Shown here: positions 27,322 through 36,598 of the stretch, piece after piece
Layout: every line of letters starts with the position of its first letter
Position numbering within the stretch: position 1 is the first letter of the stretch
NCBI GenBank assembly: GCA_046590205.1
Contig: JBKJTT010000007.1
Span: forward strand, 89,700 to 153,699
From: Candidatus Kapaibacterium sp.
GTDB taxonomy: Bacteria > Bacteroidota > Ignavibacteria > Palsa-1295
DNA: 64,000 nucleotides
Direction of reading: 5' to 3'
Notes under the pieces: generated by a model
What the model saw: only the letters and a program-made list of their open reading frames with translations
What the model was told of the DNA's origin: nothing
Database searches by the model: none
Program-made: the position numbers and the translations under genes

Positions 27322-29655
27322 TTACTTTACAACAGTAAGTGTACCTGAAAGTATTTTACCGCCTGCAGTGAGTTTGTATAGATAACTACCACCTGCAAGT
27401 TTAGCTACATTAAGGTCTGCCTCATAGGTGCCTTTGCCCTGCATCTCGTCTGAAACCAAGTTGGCAACTTCGCGACCCATTACATCATAAACAGCGAGTG
27501 TAACGGCTGTGGGTTCTGTAAGTGAGTAGATGAAGTTGGTTATGCTTGTTGCCGGATTTGGATAATTGGACACTGAAATATTCTTCGCATCATCAGATTT
27601 CTTTACTGATCCGACAGCACTCTCTAAAGGCATTGATGTTCCTTGAAGAATTTCTCCAAGTGTAGAAGTACCTTTTACTACATTCGCAATAAAGACGATA
27701 TCGCAATTTGTAGAGTTTACTACTTGATTGTCATCAACAGTGAAAGACACATCAATTGTCTTTTTGCTGCCTGGTTCAACGATGTTGCCGTCAATAATAG
27801 TACCTAAACCAAAATCAACAACTGAACCCAGTTCATTCGGTACCATCTGACGTACAATGTCTTTATGTTCATACTCATCTTGGTTTCCATTCACGTAATC
27901 AACTTGGGGTCCTATGATACCACTCTCTTTAACAATTGTTGTCAAACGCACTGAAGCTGTCGGATCATCGATCACAGCGTGAGCACGTTGAAGTTCAAGT
28001 TTTGCATCAACCTTACGTGTTGTCTTATCGAATTTATAGGAGAGAACGTTTATGGTCACAGGGGACGTCGGCGTTTCTTCCAACACCTGAGCAACATAAT
28101 TAGCCCAGCTACCTCTGTTTGTCATTTGAAAAGCTTCTCCCGGGAAGAACCAACGTTGGATTGCAGCATTCGGATAACCTTGGATGTTTAATTTGTTAAG
28201 TAACTTAACACCATTTGGTATTTGGTAGGGCTCTGCTGTTGAACCGCCGTGATACTGTAAACTGATGAAATCTTCACCAAAGTCATCATGAAGTATTGAG
28301 ACAACATCGTGACCTGAAGGGCACCATCCGCACCAATCACCCGTACCCTCTTCAAGAATAACTTTTGTTGGTTGTGAGGCAATCCCGCTTCCAAGAACAT
28401 ACATTTTTATGTCAAAGGTGATCTCAGCTTTTGCTGGATCATTAGTTTTTAAAGTAACAGTTGTTTTGTAAAGACCTTGTGGTTTTGAGCCTGCATCTGC
28501 ACTAAGCTGAACGTAGTTGGTCATCAAAGGATCAATAGAACTTGAAGGTGTTGAAGAACTTAACCAGCTCTGCGCGTCAGCAGGTATTTCAACACTGATT
28601 GTCAGCGGAGCAACGCCTAAGTTCTGTGCTGAATACGTTAGATTGCGAGACTGACCACCCGTAAGGTTAATGAGCAAAGAAGAAACCTTGATGTTAGCAA
28701 GTGGCTGCATAACATCGCTCACAGTGAATTTAAATGCACGGTCACTAGCAAAACCTCCCGCGAAATAAAGATCATTACCCATCCCAAAAAGTTGACCTGC
28801 ATTGTAGGTTGCAACCGGTATAGCATAGGATGTTGACCAGTTACTTGTTGCTTCATTGTAAATGTAAGTGTTCGAGTAGTCAATTGGTGAAGTACCGTTG
28901 ATACCGCCTGTGAATACGATCTTACCATTTGCAGCTCCAGCAGAGGGGCGGGTTAATGCTTCCGGCATACTTGATAGTTCTTCCCATGTGACATTATCGG
29001 CACTGACTGTACCACGCCAAGCCTGATCGAGATAAGCAGTACCCTTGCTACCACCCATTACATATATTTTGCCGTTTGAAACGGCACTTGCTGCATATCG
29101 GGTAATATATGGCGGCTTAGAAGTAGAACGTGTCCAGGTGTTCGATACTGCATCGTAAACCTGAATCAAGTTAGAATCTACAACAGTTGTCGCAGTTCCA
29201 GTTGCCCCACCAATGACAAATACCTTACCTCCTACTTCTGCGCCTGCAAAGAATGCAAGCTTTGCAGGAATAGGGGCTTTTGTAGCAAATGTACCTGCTA
29301 CAGGATCGAACTCGTAGGTTTCGTTATTTGTCGCAAAGCTCGTTCCGCTTAGGATCATCCCGCCAACTATATAAATCTTGCCGTTAACAGCTGCTGCATA
29401 GCCACCAAATTTTGCTTTTGGCATTGTTGCTGTTAGTTTTGTCCAGCTTGTTGCACCGGGTGTATAGACATATACGCTCTTGGAGGCAGCGTTATCAACA
29501 CCACCAAATACATATATTTTTCCATCAAGCTGTGCAGTCATTGGCCAGTTAAGCACGACGGGGAGTTTGGGTATCTCAGACCACTGTGCTTTCGTTGTTG
29601 ATAATGCAACAACCATCAGTGCGAATACAAAGAAATGACGTAACATTGTTTTCAT
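27322..29655 (-). CDS. Kelch-repeat beta-propeller protein with T9SS C-terminal sorting domain
   Basis: Signal peptide. Repeated 'GKIYVFGG / GKIYIVGG / GKVFVIGG / GKIYVMGG / GKIVFTGG' Kelch-type blades. C-terminal 'SNYPNPATS...AVYDVMGREVA...GSYLYKLTA...GTLTVVK' CTD, ~85% identical in pattern to the CTD of the preceding gene. Confidence 0.6.
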   Translation of the reverse strand: MKTMLRHFFVFALMVVALSTTKAQWSEIPKLPVVLNWPMTAQLDGKIYVFGGVDNAASKSVYVYTPGATSWTKLTATMPKAKFGGYAAAVNGKIYIVGGMILSGTSFATNNETYEFDPVAGTFATKAPIPAKLAFFAGAEVGGKVFVIGGATGTATTVVDSNLIQVYDAVSNTWTRSTSKPPYITRYAASAVSNGKIYVMGGSKGTAYLDQAWRGTVSADNVTWEELSSMPEALTRPSAGAANGKIVFTGGINGTSPIDYSNTYIYNEATSNWSTSYAIPVATYNAGQLFGMGNDLYFAGGFASDRAFKFTVSDVMQPLANIKVSSLLINLTGGQSRNLTYSAQNLGVAPLTISVEIPADAQSWLSSSTPSSSIDPLMTNYVQLSADAGSKPQGLYKTTVTLKTNDPAKAEITFDIKMYVLGSGIASQPTKVILEEGTGDWCGWCPSGHDVVSILHDDFGEDFISLQYHGGSTAEPYQIPNGVKLLNKLNIQGYPNAAIQRWFFPGEAFQMTNRGSWANYVAQVLEETPTSPVTINVLSYKFDKTTRKVDAKLELQRAHAVIDDPTASVRLTTIVKESGIIGPQVDYVNGNQDEYEHKDIVRQMVPNELGSVVDFGLGTIIDGNIVEPGSKKTIDVSFTVDDNQVVNSTNCDIVFIANVVKGTSTLGEILQGTSMPLESAVGSVKKSDDAKNISVSNYPNPATSITNFIYSLTEPTAVTLAVYDVMGREVANLVSDEMQGKGTYEADLNVAKLAGGSYLYKLTAGGKILSGTLTVVK

Positions 29656-29860
29656 ACGATACAGGTTAGTTATGAGTGAATTGAACTCAAAGGTTCGTGA
29701 ATTAAAAGTCTTTGTCGTGAGAGCAGGGTATTGAACGATGCTGAAACGGCTATATAGTAACCCAAAACACCCAAATATGTTTCCGCAATATTACCACGAA
29801 ACCCCACGAGTGTCCTGACTATTAAGACACCTGTGGGCTTCTGTTTGTGAAAAGAACACG

Positions 29861-32206
29861 TTAAAATTCTATCCTAAATCCACCAACCGGAAAGAAACCG
29901 TACTGGTTTATCTCATCAATCGAATCAGTTGCCTTGCGGTAGAACCTGCGCTCGATGTTCTTTGCATCAAGGACATTATCAATCAGGAAGAAAGCCGAGA
30001 GAGCCAAGCCATCAAAGTTATTTTTGAATTCAATACGGACATCAAGTCGGCGGAACGGCTTATTTCTTAATGAGTAAGGGTTCTTTTCATCATAACGTGT
30101 ATTACCGTAGAAGCGAGAGCTATCGAGATCAATTGGTGTGTAGGTTGCCCCGCCGGCATAGGTGAACTTAGAACTGAACTCGATAGAAAAACTCTCCGAG
30201 AGTGTCCATTCGTATCCTGCAAGGACATTCCCAATCAATTGATTATCAAACGTCCCGAAACGCCATACACCATCTGCGCCGGTGAATTCCTGACGGACAT
30301 ACGAGCCGGTGAGTAGAAAATAATATCCGTCAGTAAATCGTTTGGTAAGTGAAAGTTCAGCCCCGTATGTTTTTCCTTTGCCTTCAGATGTGAATGGGTC
30401 GTTGGTTGAAATGTTGTTGAACTCTGCGCCTGCATTAAGCAATGAGTTGTATCCGGCACCACTTTGTTCGACCGGTGCATTTGTATATTGCTTAAGATAT
30501 CCTTCCGCTTTTGCTTGAAGGTCATAGCCGAAGAGATGCGTCCAGCCGAGAACATAGTGTGTTGCTTCTGTGAACTCAAGTTCTTTGTTTTGCGGATGAC
30601 CATAATAGATACCAAGTGGCAGCGACTGATGAAAGATCCCATACCCTGCACTAACGGTATTCTCCTCATCAATAGTATATGCAATTCCTAAACGCGGATC
30701 GATCGCAGTTTTGCCCGAAATACCGAGATGCTGTGCGAAGATACCTGTATTAATAGTAAGAGCAGTAATAGGTCGCCAATTCCAGTTCACAAATCCAAGC
30801 ACTTGGCTTGATGTGCCTGTCGCGTTTAAGCTATAGTAATCGCCGTCAGAACCGGTATTCGGTGCGTCAGCTTCATCAAGTGTATAATAAAGCGAACGAA
30901 ATTCTATTCCGCCGGAGAGCAGGTTCGATGCATCTAACGAATGCGAAAGCGAATATTTTCCGCCGTAGTACCCTTCCTTATTGTCATAACCAAATGTCTT
31001 TGTACGTGACGAAAATTTCAGGTCAGGTGTTGCCGTCACCGAATCTACTTCGAGATGATAAGTATTGAGAACTGTTGATAGTGAAAGTGTACCAATGGTG
31101 CGCGGAGAATAAATATGCTGCCATGAAAGCCCTGCAATTCCGAGCTTTGTGCCGAAAGTCACATCTTCATCACCTGTATAGACCGTATCACGTGTTGACT
31201 GGAACGACTCGATAAAACTATCACCGAAAAGCCCGAAGAATTTAAGCTGATCGTTATCGGAGAGTTTTACATCGGTTTTTGCAGTGATGTCATAGTACTC
31301 CGGTACACCATCAAAGCCAAGATCAAGTCCGAGCAAGCTCAAGAACTGAAGCGTTGAAAAACGGTAGCTTGCAATGAACGAGCTTTTGTCCAAGCCCGGT
31401 ATCGGACCTTCAACTTGCGCCTCGACACCTGCAAAACCCATTTGCGCGACAAGCTCATAACGCTCTTCATTTCCTTTGCGTGTATGAAGATCAAAGACAC
31501 CAGATAATTTATTTCCATACTCTGCGGGGAATGCGCCTGTAAAGAAATCGCTATTATCAAGTAGGTTCGTATTGATAGCATTTATCGGTCCGCCGGTTGC
31601 ACCTTGGTTCGCGAAGTGATTGGGGTTTGGTACGTCTATTCCATCAATGCGCCAAAGTAGTTCTGTCGGTGAGCCGCCGCGGATGATAATGTCATTGCGC
31701 CTATCCGATGCGCCGACAACACCCGCAAAGTTCTGCGCCATACGCGATGGGTCACCTAAGCTTCCTGCATAACGATTCGTCTCGTCAATGGAGAATTCCG
31801 TTGCACTGATGACAGCAGCTTCGTTTATGGGCTTGAAGTTCTCGCCCTCTTTTGCCGAGACGACAACTTCTTCACCCTTGACGATCTTCTCAAGCAGTTC
31901 AAAGTTTACGATAACTTGTTTGCCGCTTGATGCAAATATCTCCTGGCTTGTTGCTTCATAACTCGGAGCACTTACTTTTAGGATGTATCTCCCTGGAGGT
32001 ACATTCTCGATTCGGAATGAGCCGTCCTCTTTTGCCTTCGCACCTTTTTTTGTCCCGACAAGCTGCACCGTAGCTCCGATAACAGGTTGTTTACCAACGA
32101 CAGTGAGAATCGTACCTTTTACCGTCTGTTGTAGCTCGGTATTTTCTTGTGCTTGTGCTGTGCTTACAACAAGCAGCGCAATGAGAGTCAATATGTAGGT
32201 TTTCAT
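29861..32206 (-). CDS. TonB-dependent outer-membrane receptor with N-terminal carboxypeptidase-regulatory-like domain
   Basis: Signal peptide. N-terminal 'GTILTVVGKQPVIGATVQLVGTKKGAKAKEDGSFRIENVPPGRYILKVSAPSYE' is a CarbopepD_reg-like domain. A plug region follows (NPNHFANQGATGG). Ends with an aromatic C-terminal 'GFRIEF'. Confidence 0.75.
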   Translation of the reverse strand: MKTYILTLIALLVVSTAQAQENTELQQTVKGTILTVVGKQPVIGATVQLVGTKKGAKAKEDGSFRIENVPPGRYILKVSAPSYEATSQEIFASSGKQVIVNFELLEKIVKGEEVVVSAKEGENFKPINEAAVISATEFSIDETNRYAGSLGDPSRMAQNFAGVVGASDRRNDIIIRGGSPTELLWRIDGIDVPNPNHFANQGATGGPINAINTNLLDNSDFFTGAFPAEYGNKLSGVFDLHTRKGNEERYELVAQMGFAGVEAQVEGPIPGLDKSSFIASYRFSTLQFLSLLGLDLGFDGVPEYYDITAKTDVKLSDNDQLKFFGLFGDSFIESFQSTRDTVYTGDEDVTFGTKLGIAGLSWQHIYSPRTIGTLSLSTVLNTYHLEVDSVTATPDLKFSSRTKTFGYDNKEGYYGGKYSLSHSLDASNLLSGGIEFRSLYYTLDEADAPNTGSDGDYYSLNATGTSSQVLGFVNWNWRPITALTINTGIFAQHLGISGKTAIDPRLGIAYTIDEENTVSAGYGIFHQSLPLGIYYGHPQNKELEFTEATHYVLGWTHLFGYDLQAKAEGYLKQYTNAPVEQSGAGYNSLLNAGAEFNNISTNDPFTSEGKGKTYGAELSLTKRFTDGYYFLLTGSYVRQEFTGADGVWRFGTFDNQLIGNVLAGYEWTLSESFSIEFSSKFTYAGGATYTPIDLDSSRFYGNTRYDEKNPYSLRNKPFRRLDVRIEFKNNFDGLALSAFFLIDNVLDAKNIERRFYRKATDSIDEINQYGFFPVGGFRIEF

Positions 32207-32261
32207 GATGTAGTGAGTGTTGTATAAAAACTAAACGTTGTTCATTAGACGTGATAAAAAA

Positions 32262-32876
32262 TTATTGTTTCGCGATGAGCAAGAAATACGTATCCATCAT
32301 CGCTGTTGTCATCTGAGGTACTGCTTCATGAGGGATAACCACTCGCTTTTTAATGATAAGTGAGGTAATACCGTGTATCATATTCCAACACATGATGGCT
32401 GCAAGCTCGGGATCTTTGATCTTGAGTTTATCAGCGGCGACACATTCGGCGAGGAGATTTTTGAGTTCGTCAAATGACCGCAAGCCGTTATCGTCGCAAT
32501 CTTCTTCGGCAATAACGTCCATAGGTACATCAAGGATGAACATAAGGTCATAGAGCTTGGGGTTGGCAACACCCCATTCTATATAGTCCTGGCAACCCTT
32601 ACGTAATCGTTCGAGCGGATCGGCAATACTATTTGCTTCAAGTTGCTTCTGGTAGAACTTTCCGAATGCGATGTTATAAAGTTGATAAACGATATCATCT
32701 TTGTCGCGGAAATAAAGATAGATGGTTGCCGGTGAGAACTCGATGCGTTCAGCAACAGCACGGATAGTCAATGACTCAATACCCTTTTCAAGATAAAGGT
32801 CCATTGCCGCATCAAGCACTGCACTTCGCATGCTTTCTTTATCACGTTCTTTTCGTTCTGCTATTCCCATACGCAT
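32262..32876 (-). CDS. TetR/AcrR-family transcriptional regulator
   Basis: N-terminal HTH 'GIESLTIRAVAERIEFSPATIYLYFRDKDD'. 204 aa. Confidence 0.85.
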   Translation of the reverse strand: MRMGIAERKERDKESMRSAVLDAAMDLYLEKGIESLTIRAVAERIEFSPATIYLYFRDKDDIVYQLYNIAFGKFYQKQLEANSIADPLERLRKGCQDYIEWGVANPKLYDLMFILDVPMDVIAEEDCDDNGLRSFDELKNLLAECVAADKLKIKDPELAAIMCWNMIHGITSLIIKKRVVIPHEAVPQMTTAMMDTYFLLIAKQ

Positions 32877-32899
32877 GTTAACAAACTAAACACTGTTCA

Positions 32900-32936
32900 G
32901 TTCCTGTGATAATAATACCCGCTTGCAGCGGGTATT
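32900..32936 (-). terminator. Putative terminator downstream of ECF sigma gene
   Basis: Hairpin aatacccgcttgcagcgggtatt (9-bp GC-containing stem) followed on the minus strand by an AUUAUUAUC tract. The U-run is weak. Confidence 0.4.
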
Positions 32937-32949
32937 ATCTTTAGATTCT

Positions 32950-33606
32950 TTAGTTGCTAAGTACAGGCTGCCCGTTTAGCCCAAGTGCTTCTTCAGCTCT
33001 GGCTTTGCGGTGACGCTCTTCGTCAACATTGTAGCCGCGTACTCTGGCGTACTCTATAAGCTTCGAGCGAAGCAACTTACGTCCTCTGTGAAGTCGTGAA
33101 CGTACCGTGCCGATTGGGCAATCAACAAACTCTGCGATCTCCTCGTAGGTAAAACCTTCGATGTCGCAAAGAATGACGACCGTACGGAAATCCTCTGGGA
33201 GCGACTCAACGGCACGCGTCAAATCATCATCTAAAAGATTGCGGTAGAGCTTTGCTTCCATATCGTTCGGGTCAGTGTACTCCGAGCGAATGGTATTATA
33301 AAAATTTTGGATGTCTTCGTAATCAACTTTATCCGGCTCTTTGGATTCTTTGCGGTAAATATTAATGTACGAGTTTTTCATGATACGGAAAAGCCATGCC
33401 TTACAGTTCGTGCCGGGCTCGAACTTATCCCAGAACCGATACGCCTTCATGTAGGTCTCTTGGAGGAGGTCATTAGCGTCATCGGGGTCGCTTGTCATAC
33501 GCAAAGCGAAATTATACAACGCCGTAACATGCGGCATCGCCTCGCGCTCGAAGTCGCGGTGCCGTTCGCGGATTACCTTTTCATCTAATTGTCCTAACGT
33601 ACTCAT
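32950..33606 (-). CDS. ECF-family RNA polymerase sigma-70 factor
   Basis: Region 2 'LLQETYMKAYRFWDKFEPGTNCKAWLFRIMKNSYINIYR' and region 4 HTH 'FTYEEIAEFVDCPIGTVRSRLHRGRKLL'. No adjacent anti-sigma gene. Confidence 0.8.
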   Translation of the reverse strand: MSTLGQLDEKVIRERHRDFEREAMPHVTALYNFALRMTSDPDDANDLLQETYMKAYRFWDKFEPGTNCKAWLFRIMKNSYINIYRKESKEPDKVDYEDIQNFYNTIRSEYTDPNDMEAKLYRNLLDDDLTRAVESLPEDFRTVVILCDIEGFTYEEIAEFVDCPIGTVRSRLHRGRKLLRSKLIEYARVRGYNVDEERHRKARAEEALGLNGQPVLSN

Positions 33607-33997
33607 CTTTTTCTTTCTATTTTCTGATCATCTGCGGACAAAGTACCTTCCATTGTGTGAAAAATATACACTTTTATGGAATTCTTTCCCCTATTTTGGG
33701 AGTTGTTTTACTGTCCTGCCCACCGGACGGATTCCGACCGTTCGTTTTCAGAATTACAAATATACAACATTTCTTACTATTATCCACAAAATCGTGTTTT
33801 TTGTGGGGTAGTGGAGGATTCCTTTTTATTTGAATGACTGCACCATTTCCTTATTCGTAACTTTAGGAACTTAGTTTCATACGAAGTTCCCTGGTATGCC
33901 AGTTCACACCGACATCAGCAAGAACCAACCTCTATAAGTTAAACACCTAAGACCGATGAAAGTAACACAAGGGCACAGATAATGACACTGAATTCAT

Positions 33998-34474
33998 CTA
34001 CCTCTTTTTGAAATCCAGTGAGGCGGAGTTGATGCAGTAGCGTAAGCCGGTGGGTTTTGGTCCGTCATCGAAAACGTGACCGAGATGCGCTCCGCAATTC
34101 GAGCACTCAACCTCGGTGCGGCTCATGCCGTACTTTGAGTCGGTCAGCTCAAGGACGTTCTTCTTATTGATCGGTTGGTAGTAACTGGGCCAGCCGGTGC
34201 CGGACTCGAACTTCGTTTTGGAATCGAATAGCTGTTCGCCGCAGCATATGCAGGTATAGATGCCGTCCTCATGATGGTCATGGTACTTGCCCGTAAAAGA
34301 GCGCTCCGTGCCCTCTTCACGGGTGACTTCGTACTGCTCAGGCGTGAGCTGCTTTTTCCACTCTGTCTCTGTTTTCGAGACGCGGTAGCTCGTCGGCTTC
34401 TTCTGCTCGGTCTTTGCATTGCCGCAGGAAGAGAGGAGGAAAAGCGAGCCAATAATATAGATGATAGACCTCAT
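33998..34474 (-). CDS. msrB: Peptide-methionine (R)-S-oxide reductase MsrB, lipoprotein form
   Basis: Lipobox signal 'LFLLSSCGN'. SelR core with two CxxC pairs (CICCG / CSNCG) and '[24 protein letters not shown]'. Confidence 0.85.
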   Translation of the reverse strand: MRSIIYIIGSLFLLSSCGNAKTEQKKPTSYRVSKTETEWKKQLTPEQYEVTREEGTERSFTGKYHDHHEDGIYTCICCGEQLFDSKTKFESGTGWPSYYQPINKKNVLELTDSKYGMSRTEVECSNCGAHLGHVFDDGPKPTGLRYCINSASLDFKKR

Positions 34475-34543
34475 AATGATTTCGTAAGAAACTTACACTT
34501 AGTAATACACAGTTTGTTGTTGATCAGATTTATACTCTACTTT

Positions 34544-35209
34544 ATGAAAACTGTTGCAGTTGTGCTTTCGGGTTGCGGGTATTTGGATGGGTCAGAAATT
34601 CGTGAGGCAGTTGCTACCTTGTGGGCACTCTCGAAGCATCCGGTTAACGTTGTTTGCTTCGCTCCCGATGCGCCGCAGTCAGATGTTGTTAATCATTTAA
34701 AGGGTGAGAAGATGAACGAGCAGCGCAATTTGCTCGTCGAAGCAGCGCGAATCACACGCGGTAAGATAGCGCCGCTCTCCGAACTTACCAAGACAGAATA
34801 CGACGCACTCATTATGCCCGGCGGCTTTGGCGTTGCGAAGAACCTTTCGTCGTTTGCAGCTGAAGGCGGCGGCGGATTAGTACACTACGACGAACTAGCA
34901 CATGATATATCTGCAATGCACAAAACGGGTATACCTATTGGCGCGATATGTATCGCACCAGCGCTTGTCGCATTAGCGTTGAAGGATGCGAAAATAGAAG
35001 TAACGCTCGGCGAAGAATCCGGCGCCGCAGAGCAGATACGCCGCATGGGTCATACCCACGTTGCAAAGAAACCGAATGAAATTCATGTTGATAAAGCAAA
35101 CAAGATCGTTACCACTCCCGCCTACATGTACGACGATGCACCGCTGCATGAGGTCTTTGAAGGAATAGGGAAGTTAGTTGATGAAGTGGTAGGTATGATA
35201 AAGGACTAA
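34544..35209 (+). CDS. elbB: ElbB/DJ-1/PfpI-family (ES1-like) glutamine amidotransferase-like protein
   Basis: 'MKTVAVVLSGCGYLDGSEIREAV' matches the ElbB N-terminus. A nucleophile-elbow region 'ICIAPALVA' is present. The start is set at the internal ATG at 34544. The ORF-track extension to 34271 overlaps msrB on the opposite strand. Confidence 0.7.
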   Translation: MKTVAVVLSGCGYLDGSEIREAVATLWALSKHPVNVVCFAPDAPQSDVVNHLKGEKMNEQRNLLVEAARITRGKIAPLSELTKTEYDALIMPGGFGVAKNLSSFAAEGGGGLVHYDELAHDISAMHKTGIPIGAICIAPALVALALKDAKIEVTLGEESGAAEQIRRMGHTHVAKKPNEIHVDKANKIVTTPAYMYDDAPLHEVFEGIGKLVDEVVGMIKD

Positions 35210-36180
35210 AGCTTCTCGTAGCCGCTCAACTTCGATATATCAAGAATTGTTTTACCATTATTATCCGATGACATCATTGAAATGAACTTCGCATTTTCAA
35301 TGACTTCACTGGATTTGTATGACGTTCTTGAATAGACTGTTTGTGAATATGATTCATCAAATGCTTTCAGGTTTACGAGTATCTCGCATTCGTCAGTAAT
35401 GACATCACATAGTTCTCCCCAGATGGGGCTTTCTTCATTAATGGCATGTACCAACGTCCAACTAAGCGCAAGGTTGCTCACCTTTGATAGTTCGAGCGGC
35501 AGATTTTTGAAGGATCGTTGCAGCTTGCCGTCGCGCTCAATATTCTTTGCGATGATCATACTTGCTTCAAGTTCGATAAGGTGATTCTTGCGAGCATTGA
35601 CAAGCCTCACCATAAGTCCCTTACCTTCTCGGTACGGAGCGATGAGGGCATTCTCCGAATACAACAAGCGAGCCGAGGGCTTAGAAAAACGTCCCCAGAG
35701 TAAACTTGTCGAGAGGGCAAATGCAAGCAGACCGACCATTGATTCAATTGCAGCGACTGCGCTTGACCAAAACCCCACGGGGCTAATTCTGCCGTAGCCA
35801 AGTGTCGTTAGTGTTTGCGTACTGAAGAAGAATACTTCTGAAAATTTCTCGAACGTACTCTCGCCTACAACACCTGCCAGATGTTCGACACCAATAATAT
35901 AATAGATAGATGCAAAGATGAAATTCTCAATGATAAAAATTGAGAAGACTATAGCAAAGAATTTAGGCCACGATAGCGCGATGACAGTATGGTAGGCATC
36001 CGCAAGCCAATGCCGTTTTTCGTTAACTCGATGGACATTGAATGAGCCGTCCTGATTGATAAGCCGCGAACCTTTATCCGCCGGACGAGTGCCAAAGCCA
36101 AGCTCCAGTACTTGTTCAGGTTTCTTATCGCCACCTTGTTTAAGGATGGAAAAACTTTTTGACTTATATACCTTCCCCAC
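35206..36180 (-). CDS. Prokaryotic inward-rectifier-type potassium channel (KirBac family)
   Basis: Slide helix, two TM helices, and the selectivity filter 'TLTTLGYGRISP' (T-x-G-Y-G). The C-terminal cytoplasmic beta-rich domain has a KirBac-like pattern (RLLYSENALIAPYREGKGLMVRLVNAR...). 324 aa. Confidence 0.75.
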   Translation of the reverse strand: MGKVYKSKSFSILKQGGDKKPEQVLELGFGTRPADKGSRLINQDGSFNVHRVNEKRHWLADAYHTVIALSWPKFFAIVFSIFIIENFIFASIYYIIGVEHLAGVVGESTFEKFSEVFFFSTQTLTTLGYGRISPVGFWSSAVAAIESMVGLLAFALSTSLLWGRFSKPSARLLYSENALIAPYREGKGLMVRLVNARKNHLIELEASMIIAKNIERDGKLQRSFKNLPLELSKVSNLALSWTLVHAINEESPIWGELCDVITDECEILVNLKAFDESYSQTVYSRTSYKSSEVIENAKFISMMSSDNNGKTILDISKLSGYEKL

Positions 36181-36573
36181 TTATGCTTCTTTGAAAGTTA
36201 GAGATGCGGAGTTGATGCAGTAACGCAATCCAGTCGGGGCAGGACCGTCATCAAAGACATGACCAAGATGCGCGCTGCAGGTAGCGCAGGTTATCTCTGT
36301 GCGCATCATACCAAACTTGTGGTCGGATGATTCTTTGACAACAACATTTTTTGTCGGTTGATAAAAGCTTGGCCAGCCGCAGCCGGATTCGAACTTTGTT
36401 TCCGACGCAAAAAGCGGTGTATCACAGACAACGCAATGATACATACCGGTTGCATGATTATCCCAATACTCTCCGCTGAAGGCACGTTCGGTGCCTTGCT
36501 CTTGCGTGACTTCGTACTGCACAGGCGTCAGCCGAGCGCGGAGTTCTTCTTCGGTGAATTGTTTTGTTTGCAT
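36181..36573 (-). CDS. msrB: Peptide-methionine (R)-S-oxide reductase MsrB, cytoplasmic paralog
   Basis: SelR core with CVVCD / CATCS Zn-binding CxxC pairs and '[24 protein letters not shown]'. The start is set at MQTKQF (36573), leaving 25 bp to the upstream gene. Confidence 0.85.
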   Translation of the reverse strand: MQTKQFTEEELRARLTPVQYEVTQEQGTERAFSGEYWDNHATGMYHCVVCDTPLFASETKFESGCGWPSFYQPTKNVVVKESSDHKFGMMRTEITCATCSAHLGHVFDDGPAPTGLRYCINSASLTFKEA

Positions 36574-36598
36574 GATGGCAACAATACGAGAAAAGCTA

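Noticed and set aside
33607-33997. 390-bp intergenic region scanned for RNase P RNA, SRP RNA, tmRNA or tRNA
   Set aside because: No conserved cores were found (AGGAAAGUCCGGGCUCC for RNase P, GGUGCUGUUU...AGCAGG for SRP, GGGGCUGA for tmRNA). Interpreted as the promoter/leader region of the ECF sigma gene.
34271-34543. First 91 codons of the 312-aa ORF that was re-called as elbB
   Set aside because: This stretch overlaps msrB on the opposite strand and is Arg/Leu-rich low-complexity. The conserved ElbB N-terminus (MKTVAVVLSGCGY) begins at the internal ATG at 34544.
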